Assembly (NCBI GenBank): GCA_040905705.1
Contig: JBBDQZ010000076.1
Location: 1,403 to 65,402 of the forward strand
Direction: 5' to 3'
DNA from: Balneolales bacterium
Lineage (GTDB): Bacteria > Bacteroidota > Rhodothermia > Balneolales > Natronogracilivirgulaceae
Length of the DNA stretch: 64,000 bases
Shown: positions 28,813-38,262 of the stretch, piece after piece
How positions within the stretch are numbered: the stretch's first letter is position 1
Layout: every line of letters begins with the position of its first letter
Position numbers and translations under genes: made by a program
Notes under the pieces: model-generated
Seen by the model: the letters and a program-made list of their open reading frames with translations, nothing else
The model's database searches: none
Told to the model about the DNA's origin: nothing

Positions 28813-30199
28813 GACGATTTCGACCTGCCATCCAAAGTGCCATAGCGGTAAATAGCCCGGGATAAAAAGGCTCCCATCCCAAAAACGCATATTGGTAAAG
28901 ATCGTCGGAGGTTAAGGTGCCAAGCATCATCCATATTGCAGAAATGGTGCAGGGTATAATCAGAGTCCAAAAGGCGAATGATTCTTTCAAGCGAAACATT
29001 GGCAGATAAACACCAAGTACAGGGATAAGTAAACCGGGAATAATTACCGATCCAATTACATACCAGAGTGCTATGACACTCGGATAAATGATGATCAATA
29101 AAATTCCCAGCAAAGCGGAGACAACCATTCCCCAGCGTGTAAACCTGACGCTTTTCACCGGCTCTCCGCCCCACCATTTTTTGGCAATAAGGTCACGGCC
29201 GAGGGTTTGTCCGGACAGAAACAGGTAGCTGTCAAGTGTAGACATGATGGTTGCCAGAAGCGCCAGAAAAAAAAGTCCGGCCAATCCTGCCGGAAGCAAC
29301 GTGGCACCCAGTTCCGGATAAACCAGGACGGGGTTTGCTATATCACCAAGTATAATTAGACCGTAAAGACCGGCAAATACGGTAAACATATCAAATATGA
29401 ACCATAAGCCGACAGACCAGAAAACTCCTCTTCTTGCTGTTTGTGGTGTTTTGGCAGCAGCAGCACGTTGATGAAACGCCGGATCGACAAAGGTCCATAA
29501 TGCAATAAAAAACCAGACAAGAAGATATTGAACACCATGGCCACCAAGCGGCAAGGTATGTGTTTCGGGGAGTTGACTCCAGATTTGTAAAGGTGATCCG
29601 GCCGACCGGATTGCAAAAAAAAGCAATACGGCAAATCCTGCATACATTAGAAAAAACTGCAGAATATCGGTACGGATAACGGCACGAAATCCGGAGTAAC
29701 TGACATAAATGACTGAATAAAGGGCCGTCAGTGAAGCAAATATTAACACATGAGAATCCGACCCTGTTAAAAACTGAATCAGCAATCCAAGCATCAAAAT
29801 ATAGGGTGCCGGACTAACCAGGATAAAAATGGCAATGGCAGATGCCGTTCCGGTTTGTGCATTATAGGTTTGACTGAGTGCTTCCGGAATGGTAAGCGCC
29901 CGGTTTTCCCTAATACGTCCGGCCAGAAATACTGCAAATAATATGGCAAATATATAATAAGGCAATCCGAATAACACCCACTGTGAGATCCCGAACTGAT
30001 AGCTATATTCTCCCACTCCAAGAATACCTCCATACCAGGTGGAGACGAGCGTAGCGACAAAAGCGGGCAGTGATATAGCACGCCCTGAAAGCAGATAGCT
30101 GTCCTCTGCCCCGGATCGAGTCCGTTTATAGAAGCCTATAAAGATCAGGACAATGAAATATGTGGCAATGATAATCCAGTCGAGCTGTTGCACGGGCAA
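28799..30199 (-). CDS. Sodium:solute symporter family transporter
   Basis: 466 aa with about 12-13 TM helices and an SSS-type N-terminus (YLLSGR...STWYGG). TTG start 4 nt after the thiamine pyrophosphokinase stop. Confidence 0.85.
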   Translation of the reverse strand: MPVQQLDWIIIATYFIVLIFIGFYKRTRSGAEDSYLLSGRAISLPAFVATLVSTWYGGILGVGEYSYQFGISQWVLFGLPYYIFAILFAVFLAGRIRENRALTIPEALSQTYNAQTGTASAIAIFILVSPAPYILMLGLLIQFLTGSDSHVLIFASLTALYSVIYVSYSGFRAVIRTDILQFFLMYAGFAVLLFFAIRSAGSPLQIWSQLPETHTLPLGGHGVQYLLVWFFIALWTFVDPAFHQRAAAAKTPQTARRGVFWSVGLWFIFDMFTVFAGLYGLIILGDIANPVLVYPELGATLLPAGLAGLFFLALLATIMSTLDSYLFLSGQTLGRDLIAKKWWGGEPVKSVRFTRWGMVVSALLGILLIIIYPSVIALWYVIGSVIIPGLLIPVLGVYLPMFRLKESFAFWTLIIPCTISAIWMMLGTLTSDDLYQYAFLGWEPFYPGLFTAMALWMAGRNRLKCS

Positions 30200-30203
30200 G
30201 CGG

Positions 30204-30839
30204 TCAAAGGAGGTGGTCGGTTAAGGCTGTCATAAACAGCAGAGTACCGGATCGATGCCGGATTCTGATAAATCCGTCGAGTGTCTCATTGGACGAGCCG
30301 TCTCTTTGGCCATTTTCAAGAAACTCGTTGTTGAGCGGGTATTTCAAACCATCGGTGATTATGCCATCCACTTTGCCGGAGAGCGGAAATAGTGAAACCG
30401 GATGTTTTTCCGGTAGTGTGATAGAAAAATCATGTGGCAAGATGCAGGAATAAAGATAATCGTCGTACATGGCTATACGGTCGAAAGTTGAAAAAAACTG
30501 CTGCAAAACGGACAAATTTTTCAGTGTGTGATCAAGACGTTTTCCTGTGGCAGCAAGAATATCCACACGGTCGGCCCGTTTGGCATGTGCCAGGACAAGT
30601 GCTTTTTCAAGATCGTTTGTCTCCTGGTTTTTGTCCAGAATCACTTCGCCGGAATAAGACTCATCAGGATAAAAACTATCCAGGTCTCCGATCACGGTAT
30701 CGGGAGGAATACCAAGCCGTACGGCGATATTTCCACCACCGTCAGCAGCAATAAAAACATGACATCGGCTTCTTAATTTTTTAAGGAGATCCGTAGAAGG
30801 TTCACTCCCGTTTGCTAGTATTAGAATTCTCATAGACAA
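30204..30839 (-). CDS. thiN: Thiamine pyrophosphokinase
   Basis: ILANG....AADGG......P..VIGDLDS catalytic N-domain plus a C-terminal thiamine-binding domain; 211 aa. Confidence 0.85.
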   Translation of the reverse strand: MSMRILILANGSEPSTDLLKKLRSRCHVFIAADGGGNIAVRLGIPPDTVIGDLDSFYPDESYSGEVILDKNQETNDLEKALVLAHAKRADRVDILAATGKRLDHTLKNLSVLQQFFSTFDRIAMYDDYLYSCILPHDFSITLPEKHPVSLFPLSGKVDGIITDGLKYPLNNEFLENGQRDGSSNETLDGFIRIRHRSGTLLFMTALTDHLL

Positions 30840-30972
30840 AAAATATTATTCATATAATGTATGGAAGTATATATGGCTTGATGGGATTTATTACGCATTA
30901 GTGTTTAAAAAAACAATTCATATAACGCTTTGAAATGAGAAAAGAAAACATGATAATATTCCGTTCAATTAA

Positions 30973-31974
30973 ATGGAAAAATACGGCTATATGATTAAAA
31001 AATTTACAGATGCATTGGTTCGACACAATAAAATCGGTTTGATATCTCACATTAGGCCGGATGGTGATGCCATCGGTTCACAGTTGGCGCTGTATTACTG
31101 GCTGCATGAGCAGGGAGTCGAGTCCCTGTTATTCAATGACGATCCGGTTCCTGCCAATCTTATATGGTTGAATGATCACCATCTTATCCAGGTGCCGACG
31201 GTGGAATTACTCGATCAGTGTGATGCGTATTTGTTTATAGATGGAAATCATCCAGACCGTTTTGGAAAGATGGCGGAATACTTCAAAAAAACAGAAAAAC
31301 CGGTGTATCTGATTGATCACCACCTGGATCCGCCCGACGGATATTTTAGCGCCATGATCAGCGATACCCGGGCCAGTTCAACGGCTTTTCTGGTATATAC
31401 ATTGTTTGAGTTATCGGGATTGCATGGGATTCATTATGACGTGGCGGAAGCGTTGTATTGTGGCATTGTCACTGACACGGATTCATTCCGGTTCGATTCG
31501 GTTACGGCCGATACGCATTTTGCCGTAGCCGAGATTATTAAAAAGGGCAAAATCAAGCCGAGTCAAATTTATGAAAAGATTTTTGATGACAAATCCATTT
31601 CTGAATTCCATTTATTAGGCGAGGTTTTGCGGACCGTTACTATTTTTTGTAACAATCAGATTGCTATTACACACGTTACTCAAAAAATGCTTTCCGAAAC
31701 CGGGTGCACCAATGACGATCTCGAAGGTTTTGTTAATTATCCGTTGAGTTTAAAAGGTGTTAAGGTTTCCGGATTATTTTTAGAGCAGGATGATCAGATT
31801 AAAATCAGCCTTCGCGGAAAATCTCTGATTGACCTGAATAAAATTGCGAAAAAATTTCAAGGTGGCGGACATTTCAATGCAGCCGGAGCAAGGCATCCTG
31901 GTCCGTTACAAAAAGCCGTTGATGATCTTGTCAACGTAATGGCGTCATATATTCATGACGGAAGCGAAAGGTGA
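30973..31974 (+). CDS. nrnA: DHH/DHHA1 phosphoesterase (NrnA-like oligoribonuclease/pAp phosphatase)
   Basis: H.RPDGDAIGS, DHH (LIDHHL), TDTDSFRF and GGGH.NAAGA motifs. Confidence 0.85.
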   Translation: MEKYGYMIKKFTDALVRHNKIGLISHIRPDGDAIGSQLALYYWLHEQGVESLLFNDDPVPANLIWLNDHHLIQVPTVELLDQCDAYLFIDGNHPDRFGKMAEYFKKTEKPVYLIDHHLDPPDGYFSAMISDTRASSTAFLVYTLFELSGLHGIHYDVAEALYCGIVTDTDSFRFDSVTADTHFAVAEIIKKGKIKPSQIYEKIFDDKSISEFHLLGEVLRTVTIFCNNQIAITHVTQKMLSETGCTNDDLEGFVNYPLSLKGVKVSGLFLEQDDQIKISLRGKSLIDLNKIAKKFQGGGHFNAAGARHPGPLQKAVDDLVNVMASYIHDGSER

Positions 31975-32060
31975 ATTTTCCAGCGACACCGGTAATTTTC
32001 GGGAAACGAAACCTTTTAGGGTCTTCATGACATGAACAGAAAGTACTGGGTCAAAATTTT

Positions 32061-33230
32061 ATGATGCTTTTTTTGAAGTTACAGGCAGGAATACTGGTTT
32101 CTGTGGTTGTTTCTCTGTTGTTATCGGCTTGTATGAAGCATGGTGAAGTGAGGCCCGAAGAGAGTGCGATACATCAGGGTTTAATCCACTTTGCTCCAAA
32201 TTCAATCGACAATGGCCAATCGGTTGCAATAAATCAAAACAGAGAGAATGCAATCACAACTGTGGTACAAGACGTCCGTGAAACCGTGGTCTATGTAAAA
32301 GTGAAACCAGATTCACAGCAATTCAGGATCCAGGAAGACGTTGACGATTCCGGACATGTAGAGCGATCCGGTTTTATTGTATCGGAGGAAGGCCATATCG
32401 TTACAAATTTCAACTTCAGTCCCGATAAAATGTCCGACATTATGATTACGGATATCAACGGGACGACTTATACAGCAAAATTAGTTGGTATGGATACTTA
32501 TTCGGGGATTTCTTTGTTGCAAATAGATTCCGTAGAGGAGTTCCCTTTCGTAATTTTTGGTGATTCAGATGCGCTTATGGTCGGTGAATGGAGTATTGCC
32601 ATGGGTGTTACGGGTTCAATGAGCCGTTATGATACCGAACCGGCAGTCAGTGCAGGAGTGATCAGTTCGAAGGACAATTTTGTCAATTTCCCAGCAGATC
32701 ATGGCGAAACGGTTTACCCGGACCTGATTCGAACCGATGCCATGATCACACCGCTATTATCGGGAGGTCCAATGTTGAATGCAAACGGCCATGTTGTCGG
32801 ACTGAACATTCATCTCCCCGTGTCGGATCATGCGAATGAAGAACTTGGCTATTACGGATATGCTATTCCAGGGAATAAAGTAACCAAAATGATTAATTAC
32901 CTGGCCAATGATACAAAAAAGACTTTAAGTTATAGTATGGGACTTGAAATGGTACCGGTTTCAGGACAGTTGGCCAGACAATACCGGCTGCCTGTGGAGT
33001 ATGGCTTGTTCGTCCTGGGCGTGAACCGTGACGGACCTGCATTTCAGGGAGGGGTGATGCCGGGAGATATAATTATTCGGATTGGAAATGAAATGATTAC
33101 TGGTGACACCCATGCGTGGTCGGTACTCAGTGAATTCAAAACGGGAGATCAAATGCCGATGACCTTATTACGCAGTGGGATGGAAATGCATATCAATTTG
33201 ATGCTTCGAAAGCGACAGAAAGAAGAATAG
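32061..33230 (+). CDS. HtrA/DegP-like lipoprotein with PDZ domain and an incomplete catalytic triad
   Basis: Lipobox LLSAC, a trypsin-fold region alignable to DegP and a PDZ domain (GDIIIRIGNEMI). TNFNF replaces TNNHV, SGISLL replaces SDIALI, and the Ser context LLSGGP is retained. Confidence 0.8.
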   Translation: MMLFLKLQAGILVSVVVSLLLSACMKHGEVRPEESAIHQGLIHFAPNSIDNGQSVAINQNRENAITTVVQDVRETVVYVKVKPDSQQFRIQEDVDDSGHVERSGFIVSEEGHIVTNFNFSPDKMSDIMITDINGTTYTAKLVGMDTYSGISLLQIDSVEEFPFVIFGDSDALMVGEWSIAMGVTGSMSRYDTEPAVSAGVISSKDNFVNFPADHGETVYPDLIRTDAMITPLLSGGPMLNANGHVVGLNIHLPVSDHANEELGYYGYAIPGNKVTKMINYLANDTKKTLSYSMGLEMVPVSGQLARQYRLPVEYGLFVLGVNRDGPAFQGGVMPGDIIIRIGNEMITGDTHAWSVLSEFKTGDQMPMTLLRSGMEMHINLMLRKRQKEE

Positions 33231-33266
33231 CACAAACAGGAATAAGATAAAATCGGTCAGACGTGA

Positions 33267-34031
33267 TTATCTCTTCGGCCGATTCAAGAATTCGGTTACT
33301 TTCTTTTTATGTTGTGGAGTAGCCCAGAATCGTGCAAAGGAATCCAGTTCCCTGCTGAAAGAGTCTTGTCTGGGGTTGTCCAATGCTCTTTTTGCACCAA
33401 GTTTCAACTCTTCGATCAGTGCAGGTTCAACCCGTGACAATTCCAGGGCCCATTCCCAGGTGTTTCTGCGAAGTTCTGAGGTGATGGACAATTTGTTGAT
33501 CAGGCCTGTTTGCAGTGCATCCTCAGAACTGATAAACTGATTACTGCCAAGCCACTCTAATGAACGGGATCGCCCGACTCGTTCAACCAATCGGGTGATT
33601 CCTCCCCATGCGGGCGGCAATCCGAAACGTGCCTGTGAAAAAGAGAAAGTGGCGGTTTTACTTGCGATGACAAAGTCGAATGCCAATAGAAGTTCACAAC
33701 CACCACCGTAGACCTCACCATTAATACATGCCATAGTCCAGAAACGGCTTGTCTCCAGTCTATTAAGAATGGAGGCCATACGTGTTGCCATATTTCGGCC
33801 ATCCTCTTCCGTTTTGAGATTTGCAAAGTCTTTGATGTTGCCACCGGATACAAAATAATTATGGCCGGATCCACTCAGCACAAATACCCTGATATGGCTG
33901 TTATTTTCGATCTCGTTAAGCAGCTTTTCAAGCTCATCCATAACCTCGAAATCGATAGCGTTATTGGATTCAGGCCTATTGATTTCAGCCCAGTAAATGT
34001 GCTTCTTTTTTTTAACTTCGACAACGGCCAC
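33267..34031 (-). CDS. Enoyl-CoA hydratase/isomerase (crotonase) family protein
   Basis: NRPE..NA, VLSG.G..F.SGG, the G...GGGCEL oxyanion segment and 254 aa length. GTG start. Confidence 0.85.
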   Translation of the reverse strand: MAVVEVKKKKHIYWAEINRPESNNAIDFEVMDELEKLLNEIENNSHIRVFVLSGSGHNYFVSGGNIKDFANLKTEEDGRNMATRMASILNRLETSRFWTMACINGEVYGGGCELLLAFDFVIASKTATFSFSQARFGLPPAWGGITRLVERVGRSRSLEWLGSNQFISSEDALQTGLINKLSITSELRRNTWEWALELSRVEPALIEELKLGAKRALDNPRQDSFSRELDSFARFWATPQHKKKVTEFLNRPKR

Positions 34032-34054
34032 AATGGAATGATTTTAGAGGTGAA

Positions 34055-34456
34055 TTAGAAATCGGCTTCGGGTGGATGCCCGGTCTCTTGGTGAATATCG
34101 GTAACCGAAGGAGATTCAGGTTTTATGTGATTCTTCGGGATTTGCTGTACTTCTTTATCGATCCAGTCAAGGTACTCCCGATTGCCCATGATGATAGGCA
34201 ACGCTATAATACACGGACAATCGTAGCTGTGTAGTTCTTTTATACGGGCTTCGAGTAACGGGAATGTTTTGGCAGTGGTTTTAGCAATGAGTATGACTTC
34301 CTGTTCTTTTTGCACACTATCTTTCCAATGGAATGATGATGACATGTTTTCGATGATGTTGGTGCAGGCCACCAGATGTTCCTGAATGATAACATTACTT
34401 ATATTTTTGGCCTCTTTTGTATCCGAGGTAGTGATGTAAACAAATACGTGGCTCAT
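34055..34456 (-). CDS. cutA: Divalent-cation tolerance protein CutA
   Basis: LVAC.NI....S.F.W...V...E...I.KT......L...I.ELH.Y..P.I.A pattern, with a short C-terminal extension. Confidence 0.85.
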   Translation of the reverse strand: MSHVFVYITTSDTKEAKNISNVIIQEHLVACTNIIENMSSSFHWKDSVQKEQEVILIAKTTAKTFPLLEARIKELHSYDCPCIIALPIIMGNREYLDWIDKEVQQIPKNHIKPESPSVTDIHQETGHPPEADF

Positions 34457-34629
34457 GATCTGTATTGTTGGTTAACCGATGAGACGATTCAAAAATAATC
34501 ATTCAATGATTAAGAGAAAAACAGTGGTTTTTTGTTCTTGCTCCAAGCATCGTGACTCATTGAAAAAACGCATGTAATTTAGTATATTATCAGGCTAAAT
34601 CTGCGAATTTTTTACAGGTTTGGTGTGTT

Positions 34630-34714
34630 GCGAGAGTGGTGAAACTGGTAGACACGCTAGATTTAGGATCTAGTGCCGAAAGGCTTGGGGGTTCGAGTCC
34701 CCCCTCTCGTACCA
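34630..34714 (+). tRNA. tRNA-Leu (anticodon TAG)
   Basis: GCGAGAGTGGTGAAACTGGTAGACACGCTAGATTTAGGATCTAGTGCCGAAAGGCTTGGGGGTTCGAGTCCCCCCTCTCGTACCA. It is class II with a long variable arm, anticodon loop TTTAGGA and an encoded CCA. Confidence 0.93.
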
Positions 34715-34802
34715 TATGCGTAGATGCATTAAGATTAACAGCTACCGGCTTTCCCAGAAGTGTTTTATGCAACTATTTATGAACCTTATACAAAATTGAT
34801 AA

Positions 34803-36110
34803 GTGAATATATCCGTACAAGATAAAAGTAACAGTAATGTTGATAAAATTCTTACCATTTCAGCGACACGGGAAGAACTGAAACCCCGGTTTGAAAAAGC
34901 GTATCGGGAATACAGGAAAAAAATCAATATGCCGGGTTTTCGTCCCGGTCAAATGCCGGTGTCTATCATTAAAAAGCGTTTTGGCAAAGAGATAGAATCG
35001 GAAGAAATCAACAATTATATCCAGGAAGTGTTCAAGGATGAAGTGGTTCCGAAATACGAACCGGTCGGTGAGCCAAGATTCGAAGAACTGAAATGGGAAG
35101 ATGGAGAGCTGGAGGCAAAAATCGAGATCGGGGTCAAGCCGGACTTACAGCTTGCGGAGATATCTGCCATAACAGTTGATAAAATGGTACATGATGTCAC
35201 GGAAGAGGAAGTTGAGGAGGAAGTGAAGAAATCACTTGAGCGCGGAGGTACATGGAAGGAGACCGATAAACCCATTCATGCTAAAAACAGGGTTACCGTT
35301 GATGCTACTCCGGTTGACAAGAACGGAGAACTACGAAAAGACGGGATCGACACCGATAAGGAAATTGATTTGAATGAGGACGAAAACGAGGTGTTCAGGA
35401 AAGCGCTCGAAGGGAAAAAACGCGGCGATGAGGTGGAAGTGTCTCTTGGGGAAGGAAAAGACCGGGAGACTTTCAATCTGGTAGTGAAAAAGGTTACGGA
35501 ACTTGAAATTCCTGAGCTAAACGAAAGCTTTGTTAAGGAAGCGACCAAGGGGGAAGTATCATCAGTTGAAGATTATCGCAGCCAGATCAAAAGCAGAATC
35601 CAGAATTATTATGATCAGGTTTCCGGTGATATGGTACGGCAAGAGATCATGGATGCACTGATCGAAAAACATCCCGATATTGAAGTGCCCGAATTGGTGT
35701 TGAAGAAATTTCAGGATGCTTATCTGGAACAAATGAAGCAACAGCAACAGGGCCAGCCCCTTCCGGAGGATTTTGACGAAGAGGCGTACCGTGAGTCGGT
35801 TAAAGATGATGCCGAACGGGAAGCCCGCTGGGCGTTTATCATGGATGAGCTGGAAAAGAAATATGAAGATGTGGAAATTACCCCGGAAGATGTGGATGTC
35901 AGACTTGCTTCCGAAGCAGCACGATATGGATTACCGGTTGAAATGGTGAAGAACTTTTACTCGCAGTCGGGCGATCAGCTTGAGAATCTCCGACGCAATA
36001 TCCGAACCGATAAGTTGTTTGATCGTGTGATAGAGGAAATTAAGCTGAACGAACTTGACAAAGAGGCGTATCAGGAAAAAAAGAAAAAAGAACATAACGA
36101 TAAAAACTAA
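34803..36110 (+). CDS. tig: Trigger factor
   Basis: The ribosome-binding motif GFRPGQMP lies near the N-terminus. It has a three-domain length (435 aa) and the conserved tig-clpP-clpX order. GTG start. Confidence 0.9.
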   Translation: MNISVQDKSNSNVDKILTISATREELKPRFEKAYREYRKKINMPGFRPGQMPVSIIKKRFGKEIESEEINNYIQEVFKDEVVPKYEPVGEPRFEELKWEDGELEAKIEIGVKPDLQLAEISAITVDKMVHDVTEEEVEEEVKKSLERGGTWKETDKPIHAKNRVTVDATPVDKNGELRKDGIDTDKEIDLNEDENEVFRKALEGKKRGDEVEVSLGEGKDRETFNLVVKKVTELEIPELNESFVKEATKGEVSSVEDYRSQIKSRIQNYYDQVSGDMVRQEIMDALIEKHPDIEVPELVLKKFQDAYLEQMKQQQQGQPLPEDFDEEAYRESVKDDAEREARWAFIMDELEKKYEDVEITPEDVDVRLASEAARYGLPVEMVKNFYSQSGDQLENLRRNIRTDKLFDRVIEEIKLNELDKEAYQEKKKKEHNDKN

Positions 36111-36112
36111 AA

Positions 36113-36775
36113 ATGAGCTACTGGAACCAACAACCCTTGATTGATCACGAAAGCTTTTCCGGCACGGTGCCCCAAAATAGCCTGATTCCAATGGTTATTG
36201 AGACTACCAACCGGGGAGAACGGGCCTACGACATCTATTCCAGGCTATTGAAAGACAGGATTATCATCCTCGGTACACCAATCAATGATGCCGTTGCAAG
36301 TTCCATTGTAGCTCAAATGCTATTTCTGGAGTCTGACGACGCTGACAAGGATATTAACCTGTATATTAACAGTCCGGGGGGCGTCGTTTCCTCAGGCATG
36401 GCCATATACGATACCATGCAACATGTCCGTTGTGAAGTCTCGACGATTTGTATGGGGATGGCCGCATCCATGGGTGCTGTCCTGCTGACAGCCGGAACCC
36501 AAGGAAAACGGTCTATGCTCCGTCATTCGCGGGTAATGCTTCACCAACCTTTGGGTGGAACGCAGGGTCAGGCCAGCGACATTGAAATTGAGGCCAAGGA
36601 AATCATACGAATCAAACAGACACTGAGTGAAATTGTGGCAAAACATTCAGGGAAAAAAGTGGAGCAGATCATCAAGGATTCAGATCGAAACAAGTGGATG
36701 GATGCTGATGAAACACTGGAATATGGATTGGTAGACAGGATTTTGGAGCGAACTTCAGATAAAAAGAAATCTTAA
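36113..36775 (+). CDS. clpP: ATP-dependent Clp protease proteolytic subunit
   Basis: [16 protein letters not shown], the GMAASMG catalytic Ser context and the MLHQPLGG His context. Confidence 0.97.
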   Translation: MSYWNQQPLIDHESFSGTVPQNSLIPMVIETTNRGERAYDIYSRLLKDRIIILGTPINDAVASSIVAQMLFLESDDADKDINLYINSPGGVVSSGMAIYDTMQHVRCEVSTICMGMAASMGAVLLTAGTQGKRSMLRHSRVMLHQPLGGTQGQASDIEIEAKEIIRIKQTLSEIVAKHSGKKVEQIIKDSDRNKWMDADETLEYGLVDRILERTSDKKKS

Positions 36776-36806
36776 ATGAGAAATATCCATGGTGTAAGCA
36801 AATGAT

Positions 36807-36850
36807 ACACAGGGAGATGTTTTAGCCACTGATGCTCCATGTGTTTTTGT
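36807..36850 (+). terminator. Possible attenuator/terminator hairpin between clpP and clpX
   Basis: ACACAGGGAG (36807-36816) pairs with CTCCATGTGT (36835-36844) with one mismatch, then TTTTGTG. The 18-nt loop is large, so this call is tentative. Confidence 0.35.
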
Positions 36851-36900
36851 GAATCAGAAAAATTTAAATACAGGTAATATCAAATCAGATACCCGGTTGT

Positions 36901-38142
36901 ATGAGTGATCAGGAAAATAAAATTCGCTGTTCTTTTTGCGGAAGATCCAGCCATGAAGTTAACAGCATGGTAGCTGGTCCGAATGTCTATATCTGTGATC
37001 AATGTATTACAGATGCTTCCGGCATTGTTAAGAGTGACTTGTCGGTTGAAAGTAAAAAAGAGCATGACTTTCAAATTAATCTCAAGCCGATCGAGATCAA
37101 GGCTCACCTGGATGAGTATGTAATTGATCAGGAAGAGCCCAAAAAAACGTTGGCAGTGGCTGTGTATAATCACTATAAACGCATCGCGAGCCCTGAATTC
37201 AGTGATGATGATGCCGAGATTGAAAAAAGCAATGTTGTACTTCTGGGACCGACCGGTTCGGGAAAGACATTGCTGGCACGTACTCTGGCCGGAATTATTG
37301 ATGTACCGTTTTGTATTGCTGATGCAACAGCTCTGACAGAAGCCGGCTATGTCGGAGAAGATGTTGAAAGTATTTTGTCCAATTTGTTGCAAGCAGCCGA
37401 CTATGATGTCGAACGTGCCGAACGGGGCATTGTTTATATCGACGAAATGGACAAGGTTGCACGGAAAGGGGACAACCCCTCGATTACCAGGGATGTCTCC
37501 GGCGAAGGTGTTCAGCAGGCGCTGCTGAAAATTCTGGAAGGCACCACCGCCAATGTTCCACCGAAAGGTGGACGTAAACACCCGGAGCAGAGCTTTATTA
37601 CCATCGATACCAGGAATATCCTGTTTGTATGTGGCGGCGCCTTTGAAGGATTAAATGAGATCATTTCACGCCGGCTATCCGTCAGCAGTATGGGTTTTAC
37701 GGCAGACAATCAGAGTAAATTCGATAAGGACGATCCTCACATTTTTACGTATGTAGAGCCGGAAGATCTGCAGAAATACGGTTTGATTCCGGAATTGATC
37801 GGTCGGCTTCCTATCATTTCCGGCTTGGAGGAACTGTCTGAAGAGGCCATGATCAATATTTTGATAAAACCAAAAAATGCGATTGTCAAACAGTACAGGA
37901 AGCTTTTCCGAATGGAGGGGGTCGAACTTGAATTTGAAGAAGAAGCCCTGAAAGAAGTGGTCAGACAAGCCATGAAACGAAAGACCGGCGCGCGCGGACT
38001 TCGTTCGATTATGGAGCGTGCCATGCTCGATATTATGTTTACACTGCCCACCCTGAAGAATATTGAGCGATGCATTATAACAAAAGATACAATCGCTTCA
38101 TTTATGCCTCCGGTATATAAAAAGCGAAAAGCTTCGGCTTGA
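36901..38142 (+). CDS. clpX: ATP-dependent Clp protease ATP-binding subunit ClpX
   Basis: N-terminal C4 zinc-binding domain (CSFCGR...ICDQC), Walker [18 protein letters not shown] and GARGLR. Confidence 0.97.
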   Translation: MSDQENKIRCSFCGRSSHEVNSMVAGPNVYICDQCITDASGIVKSDLSVESKKEHDFQINLKPIEIKAHLDEYVIDQEEPKKTLAVAVYNHYKRIASPEFSDDDAEIEKSNVVLLGPTGSGKTLLARTLAGIIDVPFCIADATALTEAGYVGEDVESILSNLLQAADYDVERAERGIVYIDEMDKVARKGDNPSITRDVSGEGVQQALLKILEGTTANVPPKGGRKHPEQSFITIDTRNILFVCGGAFEGLNEIISRRLSVSSMGFTADNQSKFDKDDPHIFTYVEPEDLQKYGLIPELIGRLPIISGLEELSEEAMINILIKPKNAIVKQYRKLFRMEGVELEFEEEALKEVVRQAMKRKTGARGLRSIMERAMLDIMFTLPTLKNIERCIITKDTIASFMPPVYKKRKASA

Positions 38143-38262
38143 CAACCCTCCACTTAAATGCACATCAACGATTCGAAATAGAGCATGTGAGCGACTCGTT
38201 ATATAAAAAAAGTTTCATTAGCTTGATCTGATGGAAATAATTTTTACTAACGAATCAATACC

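Noticed and set aside
30840-30972. Looked for a TPP riboswitch ahead of the TPK-symporter pair.
   Set aside because: The spacer is only 133 nt and AT-rich. It lacks the CTGAGA / ACCTGATCTGGATAATGCCAGCG-type blocks.
36880-37581. 233-aa ORF antisense to clpX.
   Set aside because: It is fully embedded opposite a strongly conserved AAA+ gene and has a low-complexity, Cys/Asn/Ile/Phe-rich translation. Long antisense frames opposite such genes are common artefacts.
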